Positions 50,741 to 64,000 of a DNA stretch of 64,000 nt are shown piece by piece. The stretch is from NCBI GenBank assembly GCA_973895155.1, contig OZ316893.1, positions 2,066,320 to 2,130,319 on the forward strand, read 5' to 3'. The stretch is from Marsupella aquatica (taxonomy: Eukaryota > Plantae > Marchantiophyta). Below the pieces are notes generated by a model. That model ran no database searches and was not told the origin of the DNA. It saw only the letters and a program-made list of their open reading frames with translations. Made by a program: the position numbers and the translations under genes. The number at the start of each line of letters is the position of its first letter. The stretch's first letter is position 1.

Positions 50741-53700
50741 CTACGAGGATCGGACCTGCTCATAAAACAGTAAAGTAGCTCGGGCATTGAATACTTCTTG
50801 CTCTGGCACCCTTTCCACATGTGTATCTGAGACTCTAAACCACAAGGACACCACCTTGTCAGGAGTCCCTACGGATTCCAAACGATGATTGCTTTCCCCA
50901 GACTTGCCCCTCCCGAAATTGTGCATTGAATGGTCAGTACCCCCCTGTATGGTATCTCCCTGTTGCAAACCTTTTTCCAATAGTTCATGCTCTTCACCAT
51001 AATTTGGCTGTATCATCTTTCGATAGACAATATAATGCCCACTTTGAGGCCCGCCTTGGTGCACTACAACAGATACAAGCTCATAGAGCAATCTCCTCGA
51101 GTACTTAGAAGTTCTGATATTGGATCTGTTGGCGCTTTTCGGTGCACTGTTTAGGGTCCCAAATCCACCACTAGCTGCCATGGAAAATTGCTCCCCGTCA
51201 TGTGAAGTAATGAGTGACAATGCCTGCAGTTGACGCGGAAACATTCTCGGAACATACGTTGAAGATATTGAGGACACCAACGGCGAATATGTCATCAAGC
51301 TTCCTGTGACAACATGAACACCGATTACTTGACATTTCTTTGCTTTTGAAGCCCGAATAATTAAAACTCCTGAAACAGAGGTCGTTACCTGAATTTGTAG
51401 CCAGGATCGGTGAAATCGAGACGAAATCGTCAAATGGTACCTCTGTACGCTGGGAGATCTGTACATCAAAAACACAGAAAACTTGAGGACGAGACTCGCG
51501 GAATTGAGAAAGAAGCAAAATTCATAAATAACCGAGTTTCCTTTTGTAAGGTGTGATCTAAGCACTACCAATGTACATATCTAGGGAAGGGACATAACCT
51601 GCCCAGAAGCCAAGAATTCACCACCAACTTCGGACAGCTTCTCGGAGTCTTTCTCTGTTGTTGCAATGACTGAAGTACTCAGTGAGTTCAAAGATGCGGG
51701 AGACCCGACTGAATTCGTAAGAGAGATTTCAGGAAGCTCTTTTTGTGGAAAATATAGCGTTTCAGCAGTACTACTGCTTGTCCGCGCATCCACATCTGGC
51801 GCTCCATTGTACGCCGAATCAACTTCACAGAACGAACCTTCACCAGAAACACATGAATTTTCTTCAGATGATGACCTCATTTCTGCTTGCAAGCCCCTCC
51901 AAAGAAATGACTCCTTTTCTGTTTTGATTGTACTATTATCTGTCGTGCTACTTTCAGCAGCAGCGGTGAATGGGAATATGTCGAGAACTCTCGGGAATGC
52001 CACATGACCCTGAAAATTGCATTCAGACGTTATTGGTGAGAACTGCAATTCCTCATTTCCTCCACAGCAACTCAATACGCGTGACCTTCCTAAAGAGTTC
52101 CATAACGTTTCCAACAATTCAGGTCGAATGCTCTATCCAGAAGTACGTACGGTGAGTTTCTTTAATGCTCCATCCTCACCAATTACTACCCGCTGCAGTT
52201 GGAAACACACGACCTGCAACTCCCACCATGACCAGAGGCCAGGAAAAAATTAAGAGGATTGGAAGGAAAACCGAGAAGAAATAATTTTGTCATTGTAGTC
52301 CAAGAAAATTCGATTGTACTGCAACAAATAGTGAGGGCGTACTGTTGGCACCACAGACTGTGCTAGGCAGTTAAAAAAGGCAATTGCCTTGCTTGTCAGT
52401 ATTTTGTATCATCCTCTCTGAATATACCAGTCATTTTACTTTGCTACTGTTTTTTGCCAGTGGCCGTATCTCATGGTCCCAGTGGTACGCCGGTCCACTT
52501 TTTCAAACAAAACACCTACATTAGCCAAACATCAATGATCCTAGCAATAAGCCAACACACCTCAGGAGACCGACCAATTTTTAGCTGTTTGGAGGCATTT
52601 GCATGAACATCTGTCCAGTTACCTCCTTGCCGCCTTATAAGCTCCTTACACTCACAATCGTCATTGCACCCACATTCTTCAATCATTTTTAATTTACTCC
52701 GTAACACCTGCAACATGGCGAAATGCATCAGGAAGTGCAACAACATGCATAATTGACCAGGGATTTACGGGTAAAAGATGTGTACAATTCACATCGATTA
52801 TTCACCATTATTTCAGTGCGGTTTCAGCAAAGGTCAATTACCTTGGCATGTTCTTCGCTATCATGGCCTTTCGATGATTTTGATATGAAATCGTGAAAGA
52901 CTGAATATATGGAAACGACTGCTGCCTCATGCGAGCAATTACTACACTTCACGTCATCAATCCACTCTGGTCCCGTGAATTTTTCCAAGCAGTTTTCCAA
53001 AGAGCACCCTTCTATCTGCACACTCACACAAAAACTGTTGATGACATGTGCAGGTAAAGAAACAATTTCAGTGGTATCCACTATGTCCATCAAAATAGTA
53101 GGAAGGAGTTGTTCTTCTAGCTGTAGCCCGACTCGAATTTACGCTGCTACTTCTCTACAGAATGAGGTAAACCACGTTCGCAAAGGCTTCGGAACTTACA
53201 ATATTGCCTTCTCTGTCTTGCAAAGGGGAAAGAGAAATATCATTGAAAAACTGGATTTGAGTCGTGTACTGCATTCAATCCAAAGCAAAAGGAAAACATG
53301 TAAGTATACTGCGCAGAATGCATTAGTCCACCCCTGACAAACATAGTATCAAACCTAAACCAGTATCCCATTTGTAAACAGTCCAGTAACTCACTTGATG
53401 TGCACATCGCTGACAGGTGAGCGAGCTTGCAAGTGTGCCCTCTAATGGCCAGTGAAGGTTTCCTCTCCATGATTCTAGCAATTTATTACCTCCCTTCCAA
53501 TGCTTAAAACCCTCCTTGCCATCAGTGGAAAAGCGTTGGTCAAGGACTGATGAAGCAGTCGCAAAAGTCTGGAAAGTGGGCTTCAACCACTGGATGTAAT
53601 TATCACGCTCTTCCTGTATTGCTGAAGCTAGATGAACTAGTGCTTCAGCTGCATCCTGCAGGAATTCAGGCATCATCGTAAGGACGATCTCAACCTTGAA

Positions 53701-56068
53701 GAGACCTTTGTGTTACAAAACAAAAAGTAAACCATCAAGAGAACATGTGAGTCGGGACTCAGATAGGCTATCTGTGCAAACAAGGGGAAAGAGAAAAGAA
53801 AATAGAAACCACAGCACCTGCTGAGAAGCTAAATCAAAATGTTTCACATAGGATCTCAATTCAAGCATTACTCGGCGTGGACTTGACGTGCGATACGCTC
53901 CTCCGAGTTGAGAAAGTTCTGTCAGAAGCCAAAAAATACATTTTTTCCCTCATTCAGTCACGTCGGCCGGGTCTATGCATATTGAAGCATCATCGAACAC
54001 TAGAATCTTGACCTACTGCATTTCCTAAGCTTATTGTCTATGCTGTAGCAACCTGGTCACCCACGACCACTCATAACTATGGGTTGAGGACAGCATCTTC
54101 ACATGCTTTTACAATTTTGGTTTTGATACATCTTTACAGAATAATTTATTCGTGGGGATCATGCGCAAATTTTGGGAATAATATCCCGAGATAGTACAAC
54201 AAGCATGTTTCCAAACATCACCAAGGCAAACTATGGGAATGTAGTGCACCTTTCATTAGTGAAGATACTGAAACAGCCAGCGGCATAGATACGGTATCGT
54301 TGTCATAGGTCACCGGTGACATTGTTTGAGATTTTGAGGTTACTTCAGCACATGCTGCTGTGAAGTTCACAAAAGCTCTAGAGCTTGCCAGGGCCTGCAT
54401 AAGACCACACAAGGAAGATCTAATGAACACGCTGGACAGAACTCGGTTTTTTCAAGTATTCGTTGATGAGATTTTAGCTTCTGCCGGTTTCATGATCTAC
54501 TTTCCGGAGTAGAAAACAATCCAAGCCGCACAACTTTCTAGGCTTCAGACTTGAGTTGCCCACCAACAATACACAATTTTAGTCCACATAAGACCAGCGA
54601 CAGTACTCTGGGAGGCCATTCTCGCCCTTTGCAGGCGAATCAAATTCTTTGAAAACTCTGGGCTTCCGGATGCCAAGACTTTCGAAAGAACTTCAGGACT
54701 ATCCAATTTCGGCCAAAAAGCAGAGAATCTGTTGTGACTAATGCGACTTCTACCTTAGCCAGGGTCTTGTGTCTGTCAGACACCAACGAGGCCGGGATCT
54801 GCACTTAACAATTCATTGTTGCCCCATGGATTGCCTTCCGGATCAATCAGCAAATCAAAGGAGCACAATGGTTCATCAAAGAACAGGCCTCAGACTCAGT
54901 AGATCTTTCTCAAGAGTGCCTGCATTAAGTGGGAAATTCATTAGATAGGAATAGATTTACGTCTGTCCCGATGCGTACCCTCCTTGTCTGAGCCCAGGCA
55001 ATGCTTTACTACATAGACTTATTCAAAGTTTTCATCCGTGATTGTTAACGTTGCAGACGATTTTCCCATCACAGGAAGGGCTAGGGTTTCCACTAGCTTG
55101 CCAAAGAAAAACATGTTTGAGCAATCAGTCCAACTCAAGTGGCCAATCTTGCAACAAAATCCGTTAAAGGTTTTGATCAGTGAATGGAGTCTTCTTGAAA
55201 CAAACCTTTGGGGTATTTACGTGGTCCGCTAATGTGAGAGTACTACAAAGAGCATCAACCTAGGTACCAGGAAAGGTGCCGGACCGAACGACAGAAAGTG
55301 TGCTAACAAATTTCACAAGAGAAGATAGTTTTGACGAGCGCTAACTTGATTCAGATCTTCGCCCCGCACCCACGCCCTCCCCACGACCCCCCCCCCCCCC
55401 CCGGACATCTGCGCCATTTCCAGACGGTATCTTCCCCAAGAATTGCACAAACATGGATTTAATTGAGATTGGCCTTCAAGAGTCTGTAACCACGTGGATG
55501 ATATCTGTTGTGCAAGTGCTTGAGCTATGCAAAAGTGACGAGCCTCGGCTACGACGGGACAATGCATTTGCGACAGTACCGTTCCGAGACCCAACTAGTA
55601 GGTTGCGAATCTACAAATTGCAGTCCAAAGCTGGGACCACTGGAAAACAAAGCAGAGAACCTGGGCAGGTGAAACATGTGAAAAATAGAAGCAATGGCGA
55701 GCACAACGAGCGATTTGAAAAAATACCTGCAGTATGACGTTAAGGAAGCAGTTGTTGCCAGCATTTTGCAGACCCGGTACAGTGAGCTCCTCTTCGTTCA
55801 AGGTTCTTGTAGCCTCTTTAGACGAAAGGGCTGGAGATGCGCTGATTGTCGACGAAAACTTTGACGCGAAGACGGAATTCGGACTGTATTTCAGAGCCAA
55901 CAGGGCCCCAACAACTCCGGCACCTATCAACGTGTAAGCCGCTTTCAAACCCCCTCTGCCTCCCCATCTTCCAGAAATTAGAAGGGGTTGGAGACAAAGT
56001 CCTCGCAGAGCCCAAAACAGATTAACAGAGTCCAAGTGCCGCACTCGTCTCACTTTGCCGTACGGCAT
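50741..56068 (-). CDS. UBP27: Ubiquitin-specific protease UBP27/USP30-like, multi-exon
   Basis: N-terminal TM segment (AAYTLIGAGVVGALLAL), Cys box PGLQNAGNNCFLNVILQ|ALAS, QQ|DAAEALVHL, PLEGTLASSLTCQRC, CSLENCLEKFTGPEWIDDVKCSNC, GHVAFPRVLDI, and His box YELVSVVVHQGGPQSGHYIVYR...WFRVSDTHV...ATLLFYE. First in-frame ATG is at 56068. Confidence 0.9.
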
Positions 56069-57974
56069 CGCGGCAATCAGTCCTCCCACTGGTGTTCGCT
56101 CATTCAATTAGCTTACTTTGTCAGGTCGAACTTCCCGGACCCGAAACCTTGAACTGAATTTATATGACCTCATGTATCTCGTTGGCTAGGACGTTGCATC
56201 CACAAAATTGACACGATTTTGCGTCTCTCCATTGTAGGTACCATACGGTAAAATGTAGGGATCATAGAAAAGCCGCGGATGAAATATGAGTTCCAACACC
56301 GTGGCAACACAAGGAAGGGCGAATTCTACCACTGAAGTACTCCCGGGCGTTAAGAGGTTCTCAAAAGATCAGCCTTCACAGAGGTTTCAGAAAGCTCTAT
56401 CCGCTCTGTCAACCTCCTCCCCTCCTGTGCCCGCTATGCAATCTACGGACTTGACTTAGAGCACAGAAGGCAGTTGAATGATATACCGAATTAATGTTTC
56501 CGAAGCAGTGACAAATCCTCATCCCACGATTGTTATCGAAAAAGGCCGCCGGGATGATGGTACCACCATGGTCTTCCAAGCTACACCCATTACCGAAATG
56601 ATTCGTAGAAAAGGAAGAGGATTCACAAAACTTCCGCTACCTGCAAAAATGGCACAACGCCCGGAAAATCCTGTTCGTCAGGAATGGAAGATTATGATTT
56701 ATCTCATGCCTCGCTTAATCTGCTCAACGATCACCATCGTTAGTCACGGTACACTTGTTTCACGCATATCGTTGGAAGCAGAAAACGGCCTCAATTCTAT
56801 CTGTCTGGAACTCATCGAGCGTCACCATGAAGCGAATCTGAAGATAGCGCATGGATGTGTGTTCTGACAAAAGAGAAGGTGAGCCAAATACTGTTGTTGG
56901 GAGTCCATGGGTAGCTTCCCTCGGAAGCACAACAGCCCGAAACGACAATATATACTCTGTACTCTAGACTTCAACACTGCTCTCTCTGGGAGAGCGTCCG
57001 AAGGTGACCGAACTGCACGACGGAGCAGCAAAAGCAGAACAAGCAAGGTTGATCGGAGCGAGCCCGACCTCCAGATCATCCGGGCAGGGAGCACACGAGT
57101 GAAGGCAACAATACTGTACGGCAGTTTCTTATGCCTCGAGAAACACTCTTGCAGCATATACCATATCATTCTCCGAAATGGAGGACCGACGAACTCAGCA
57201 TATACCATATCATTCTCCGAAATGGAGTAAACCGACAAAATCAAAACCGGAGAGATTGTGCGCGATAGACGCAACGCACCGCTTACATGAATCGGTCGAA
57301 AATGTAGAACCGATCAGTCTAGCACTCCAGTCTATATTTAGCAGCACACCGTTTTGCAGCGCAGAGTACTAGTACAATTTCGAACCGAGAATTGTTTGTA
57401 AAAGGAACAGGCGAGAGGAGAAAAACAAAACGACGTTAGACTCCATCTGCAGATACGCATCAGTCAGGCAGCACCATAGGATGAAGAGAACGGGTAATTG
57501 AAATGGAGACGACACAAGGGAGGATTCAAGTTCGAGAGATTCCCGCTTTCCGAATCTCAAAACAAAACCGGGCCATCAAAAGGCAGACAGAGAAGAAGAG
57601 GAAGAGTAAAACCACGACACCGACAACATGCCAGAGCTCGCATCCACAGAATTAACTTGCACGCACAGTAAAGTGGAGACAGGGAAACACAAACATTAAC
57701 CAATTTGAAAGCGCAAGAGCACCAAAATCAGTGCGAAGAAGAATGATGCGTTCATGATTGCCGATAACAACAACTTACTTCAGCAAACAGGGTGATGGGG
57801 AGGAAGACCTACGAACCTGCATGCACGAGAGCCCGAAGGATCCACAGATTGCAAAGAAAAGTGAATCAGAAAGCTCGTCAATTGGGAAAGCTCGACGGAT
57901 CGATGGATTGCAAGGAACGTGAATGAGAAAACCTTGCAATTCAGAAGATGGCCCAAGAACGAATGAAAGCAGCG

Positions 57975-58510
57975 TCGCCGTGCAAGTTACTGAAGGGGCA
58001 AGGTGCTAACTGCGGTCAGCACGTAGGGGCAAAGCCCTAACCGTGGTTGACAAAAGTGGGGCAAGGAGCCAACCGTGGGTAACACTAGCGAACGAGAGAA
58101 AACAGAGTGCCCTCGCGAGTTACTGAAGGGGCAAGGCGCTGACCAGGGCTAGCAAGTAGGGGCAAGGCTCTAACCTTGGTTGACGAGGAGGGGCACTGAG
58201 CCAACCATGGTTAGCACGGTGCAAATGAGAGAAAGCAGAGTGTCCTAGCAAGTTACTGAAGGGGCAAGGTGCTAACTCTAGTTAACATGAGAGCAAGAGA
58301 GAAATCAGAGTGTCTGTGCAAAGCTACTGAAGGGGCAGGGCACTAGTGTAGCCAGGGTTATGTGCGGTTAACACATGTGAATGAGAGAAAGTAGAGTGTT
58401 CTAGCAAGTTACTGAAGGGGCAAGGTGCTAACTATGGTCACAAGGAAGAACAAGAGAAGAGAGTGCCAGTGCAAGTTAGTGAACGGGCAGGGCACTAGCC
58501 ACGGTTAACA
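57975..58510. repeat. Complex repeat array with six copies of a ~25-bp core
   Basis: caagttactgaaggggcaaggtgcta-like cores at about 57983, 58115, 58249, 58319, 58405 and 58472. The intervening segments are related to each other (aacc(g/a/t)tggtt, gagagaaa.cagagtg). Confidence 0.85.
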
Positions 58511-60493
58511 CTTAACCCTCCTGACATTAGGTTGATCCTTCCTGGGAAATTCATTTATTACAAGCCTTGGGTCCCACTCTTCGATGCTGTAGCCAGCTTA
58601 AACCCTCAACCCTGTGGAAACTCAGTTACTACAACTCCTTGGGTCCCAGTCTTAGATGTTATTTATGGCTTAACCTTGCTCATTTACATTCATTAGATGG
58701 TAAGAGAGAGACTTCCAATTTCTCTCACTGAATCCTTTCTGTACAAAAGGCTTTGGTGAATCACACTTTGGATGGGGTTTGCGCAAAACTTGGTTAGCTG
58801 ATGAAGCCTCACCTTGGAACCTCACATGCAGCAATAACGAGGCTGAAATCGTTGGGCTACACTTTTTGAAATGGCTGATGTTGAGCAAACTCTTATTTGA
58901 AACCATGCACAGCAAATGGCATTTGTGAATGTCAACACACCCATGTCTCACCTTCTGTGTGTGTAACATCGGGGAGCATTGAATGGCAAGACCCAACGTG
59001 CAACAGGAATGGAGAAATTGCTCAATATGTGGAATAGTGTGCTTCCAGGAAAAGGAAAAGCTCCAAGCACAGCTCTTGAAGCTATTTCAGATCACCCTAC
59101 GAGATTTGACATTTTCTATAGGCAGTCTAGATGTTTAAATGATCTTACCTTGCTACAAATATCAAGCACAACAACACACTACACGGCATCATTTCCAAGG
59201 TTCAGTACATTGTGAATGGTCATCACTATGGGGTCTTATATTGGCTCGCCCAAGACAGAAATCTAGATCATTGCTGTTTTTCAAAACATATTGGGACTTC
59301 ATTAAGTTTAAGTTGCTGACCTGGCCAGCTCATTGGCCCTTGAAACGAAGAATCAAAGATCAACCCTTTCTGTGAAATATGGCTATACTTGATGGGAGTC
59401 AAAGCGACTGAGCTGGCCATCTCTCATTGGTCCTTGAACATAAAATCAAGGCTCAACCCTTGAGCTTTAATGAAAGCAACCAACCAAGCCAGCAGATTCA
59501 CTCTCAAACCGCCTCCACCTAAATGAGCGCCAGCAGTATCATTAAGCACAATTAGTCCACCTAAATGAGCGACACTTGTCCCATTAGAAAAAGGGATAGA
59601 TCGCAACACTGAGGGACCAGTTTCAAACAATCCTTTGAGCTCAAATATTATAACTTTTTTCTGTCCATAAATGATCTCACTTTGGGGTCTCAGAAGCTGC
59701 TGTGATCCTTACTCTAATGGTTATAATTCAAAGTCCATCCGAGCAACCATTTGAGCCTAATTAAGTAGAAATCGGGAAACACAAATTCTATTACCGCTTA
59801 GTTTGCTTTAATCGATGTCAGAAATGTCTTCACAAATTCGTACACTAGTAAGATTCTGTGAAATGGGTCTCTGTTTCTCTGCTAACTTTCTTCCTCTGCC
59901 ATGTTCGTGGGAGAGAAACATAATTCTGAGACTTCACTGGTCACCTAGGGGCATTAATTTCTGTCAGTCGTTAATTCACACTGTGAACCTGGAGTACAGT
60001 TTGCTTCTAGATCATCCATTCGTGACTTTGTTAGGTGTCGATCAGAGTTTCCATTCAATGAACGTCTGTGCTTGCCCAAACAATCGTCAGCGTCCTTGTC
60101 TAGCTTAGCATCCAGTGCCAATTAGGTGACCAACCAATATCCAGTGACCGACATGAAGAAAGAATTGAACTGATTGAAAACTTTGAAAATTACAGCCTTA
60201 GAAATTTGGGTTCTATCCATCCTTTTATTGATGGCACGTTCTACTAGAAACCTAGCCTCGCACTAACATAATGGAAATGCTAGCTTGGTCAGAAACTGCT
60301 TTCGATTATAATCGTAAATCAACTGTCTGGCTAATTCCTATCGTTCACATGTGTCGCCTTTTGCCGTGTTCATCAGGTGACCTTTCAGTATACAAAAAGG
60401 TTTTAAGATAACTGGAGGCTTTTATAACGGTGCTTTGCTTTCCAAACTTTTGGGGTTGACATTTCCAATCGACTTTCGCAAAAAACGGGAAGT

Positions 60494-63400
60494 TTACATC
60501 ACTTCCTTAGCCTTGGCTACTACATTCTCAGCAGTAAGGCCGAATTCCTTGTACAGGGGGCCAATTGGGGCAGAAGCTCCAAATCGGTCAATGCCGACGG
60601 CCTTGCCCTTGCTGCCGATGTACCTTTCCCATCCGAAAGTGGCACCAGCTTCAATGCTCACTCTGGCGGTCACAGCTGTGGGAAGCACGCTCTCCTTGTA
60701 CTCATCACTTTGCTCATCATAGAGCTCCCACGAGACGAAGGACAGGACTCTGACCTTCTTGCCCTCACCTCTGAGGATGTTGGCAGCCTTGATGGCAATC
60801 TCCACCTCTGAGCCTGAACCCATCAGAATAACATCGGGCTTGTTGTCGGATGAGTCATCGTCGACGATGTATCCACCCAGGGCAACCTTTTCGATTGACG
60901 AGCCAGGGAGATGGGGAAGTTTTTGCCTGGACAAAGCCAAAACCGACGGGGTCTTGCGTCTCTCAATAGCAATCTTGTATGCTCCAGAGGTTTCGTTTCC
61001 ATCTGCAGGACGAAACATGAGGATGTTTGGCATGGCTCTGAAGCTAGCCAAATGCTCAATGGGTTGATGTGTAGGACCATCTTCTCCCAATCCAATGGAG
61101 TCGTGAGTCATCACATAGATCACCCCAGCCTCAGAGAGGGCAGAGATACGCATGGCGGCACGGAGGTAGTCAGTGAAGATAAAGAAAGTTGCACAGTATG
61201 GAATGAGACCACTTGCGTGATGGGCAATTCCGTTGCAAATGGCTCCCATGGCATGTTCTCTGACTCCAAATCGGAGATTGCGCTCTTCTGGGGTGGCCTT
61301 CTGGAAATCACCGAACATCTTCATCAAAGTCATATTGGATGAGGCAAGATCTGCACTGCCTCCGACCAACCCGGGCAAAACACGAGCCAGTGCGTTAAGA
61401 ACAATCTGTGAGAGGATTCGAGTGGCGTCAGCTGGGCTCTCGGCGGTAAAGCTCTGCACAAAAGATCACACACCAAAGGTCAACTAAGATTGGAGGCACA
61501 AAAGATCACACAACAAAGGTCAACTAAGATTGGAGACCTCAAGAATCTACGGATTTTCCATTTTCTGTGAGATACCACTTTCACACTCTGACAGAAAAGG
61601 AACACAGGGAGCAATCCAGCTCGTCAATTACACATCCCCGGACCGCACACGGATTTCCCATTCCCTCTAGTTGTGTAAACAAAGTCACCTTTCGTTCATA
61701 TAAAGAAGAGAAATTCCCTCTGGTTGCATCAAGCAGACCACGTCATGAATGTACAGAAGACACGTTAATCCAATGCACCCGGTCACCTCTTCTTCCAACT
61801 GACTTCAAAATGTCCGGATGGTCCGATGGATGGTCCGAAAGTGAACGGAAACGAGGAAAGATTCACCCCAGAAAGGTTTGCTTCGCAAAAACTTACCGGT
61901 AGGGCAGCATCCCAACCAGCGGGGAGTTCACCACTGATCAACTGCTTGAATTCCTTAGCCTCCTCGGGGTAGCTCTTCTCATATGCGGCAAGAGATTCGG
62001 TCCACTCTCCCTCCAGGGCGCTACCATCTGAGATATGCTTGCTCCAGTGGCTGTTTGGAAAATAAGCAACATTAGCTTATCCCTCAGACATCAACAGGCA
62101 TGAGAGATCAAACCTAGAATGCTCAACATCATAAAAATCCTAACTTGGTATCAATATCCGGCCCTGAAGAACAAACAAACTCGGCCCTGGATACTCTTCT
62201 ATCGACACCAATTTCGACAGGAGACATCTCTCACCTCTTCACCTCTTCTGGCACGAAGAAGGGTGGGTGGTCCCACTTAAGATTCGCGCGGGTAGCGTCA
62301 ACCTCCTTGCCTCCCAAAGCGGCTCCGTGGACACTGTAGGAATTGGCCTTGTTGGGAGACCCAAATCCGATGGTGGTCGTCACCTAATGAACCATAGCAC
62401 TGATTCCTGTTCAGTAATCAACTAAGAATCTCCTAAACGACGCAAAAGAGGAGATTTCGAAGACCCCGTGGTAGGGATCAGCTCGTCATTACGGAAAGTC
62501 CCACAAACTCTGAACATATAAAATCCAATTTTCCAAGTACCACACAGACGACATTCCCAATCGAAAGAAGACAGAAATATCCGCGATGGTTCCCTCATCC
62601 TGTTTCAGTAACAATGAGCCAAAGCGGTCCGGAATTCTAGCAGGATGAAGTTGACTGGAGCTCAATCACACCTTGATCATGGTGGGCTTGTCGGTGACAG
62701 ACTTGGCCTCCTCAATAGCTGCACGGATTGCGTCGTAGTCAGTGTTACCGTTCTTCACCCAGATAGTGTGCCACCCGAGAGCCTGGAATCGGAGGTCGAC
62801 ATCCTCTGTGAATGCGATAGCGGTATCACCATCGATAGAAATATGGTTGTCGTCGTACAAAGCAATCAACTTTCCAAGACCCCAGTGTCCGGCGAGGGAA
62901 GCAGCCTCGGTGGAAATACCCTCCATGTTGCACCCATCTCCAAGAATGCAATATCTGCAAATCAAGGACGGCTTTAAAACTCTGAAGGAATGTGTGTACT
63001 ATCTCGCATGAGGGCCATCAATGGAGAGTTATGTCGGACAAATGTGGAGAATACAGTCTACTAATATACAAAGATGATTCTCATTCTCGCCGCTTATCTT
63101 CCGGGAAAAATGCAGCAACAATATCACTACGGAAGTCTAACGGATTACTTGGCTACCTAACAGCGGAACTAAGACAAAAGGATGGGGACGAAATCTTACG
63201 TGTAATGGTCGACAATCTTGGCATCAGGTTTGTTGTATCTGGCAGCCAAGTGAGCTTCCGCAACGGCCAATCCGACAGCATTGGCAATACCCTGTCCAAG
63301 AGGACCTGTCGCACGAGACAAGGGTCAATATGTGCGTTCAAGATTTCAAATTGGGGTCTCTCCACACCAGCTCCTCAATTACGTGCAATGAGCACAGAAG

Positions 63401-63606
63401 ATGAAAGCCACTTGCAAAACGAAGTGCGCAACCTATAAGTTGTAGTAGGAACCGAATGTAGTACGTAAGCAAGTGAATTGTGACAACAGAAATACCACTG
63501 GCCTGATTAACATACCTGTGGTCACTTCAATTCCGGGAGTTTCAAAGTTCTCAGGGTGTCCTGGAGTTCTGCTACCCCACTGCCTAAATTGCTTCAAGTC
63601 CTCTTC
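60494..63606 (-). CDS. TKL: Transketolase, probably plastid; partial, 5' exons beyond the window end
   Basis: Exons encode [25 protein letters not shown]|[14 protein letters not shown]|[12 protein letters not shown]...[10 protein letters not shown]|[22 protein letters not shown]|...[10 protein letters not shown]...[14 protein letters not shown]...[19 protein letters not shown]...FGASAP. Confidence 0.97.
61456..61535. repeat. 40-bp tandem duplication at the 3' end of the last transketolase intron
   Basis: gcacaaaagatcacaca(c/a)caaaggtcaactaagattggag x2, one mismatch. Confidence 0.9.
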
Positions 63607-64000
63607 CTGTAGAAATAACCCATGCCATTAAAATCTTGCTACACGAGCTAATCTCACGATTCCAGCCATCACAAGTTGCCAGGTGGGCTCCGCAGGCCCA
63701 GTATGAAAAAATGAGCAGGACTCCACTGCAGGTGGGAGAACCGATGTTCGAACCCTTGCGAAGCTCAACACACACAGGTTTACAAAGCTAAGACCAACGG
63801 CAAAACTCCACCCGAAAGACTGGCACCTAATGTTTCTCATCCATAGCAAACCCACTACGTCACGAAGGTCAAAATCTCAAAATTAACTCCGAATCCCTAT
63901 CAGGACAATAAGGACAATAAGGACGGCGTAAAAACAAGAACAAAGTTCGATATATACAAGGGAGGAATCGATAAAACTGCAGCACCTAAACTGATAGACC

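Noticed and set aside
57975-58520. CRISPR-like array, or piggyBac end (TTAACCCT at about 58512)
   Set aside because: Spacers are homologous to each other and uneven in length, the context is eukaryotic with no cas genes, and no matching AGGGTTAA end was found.
58670-59375. Short ORFs between UBP27 and transketolase
   Set aside because: No recognisable motifs; at most highly decayed TE sequence.

Overview
Eukaryotic nuclear DNA from a land plant. The gene style suggests a bryophyte, probably a liverwort (inference). Most entries in the ORF track are spurious or single exons. By splicing exons manually I recover these genes: thylakoid lumenal 15 kDa protein 2 (-), Rab7/RABG3 (-), CDC26 directly followed by TTM3 in a bicistron-type arrangement (+), GLE1 (-), ABC1/COQ8 kinase (+), a TSC10/KDSR-like SDR (-), UBP27/USP30-like deubiquitinase (-) and transketolase (-, 5' end outside the window). 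There is also one initiator tRNA-Met. Intergenic DNA holds a 5'-truncated CRE-like non-LTR retrotransposon with an open reading frame that the ORF track missed, a decayed MuDR transposase, several MITEs, a tRNA-like SINE head, a pair of adjacent hairpins and several tandem arrays. The best leads are the CDC26-TTM3 bicistron (already known in plants) and its spacer architecture, the CRE-like element, a U12-type intron in Rab7, and a telomeric tract present in only one copy of a local duplication. I found no clearly new multi-gene system.
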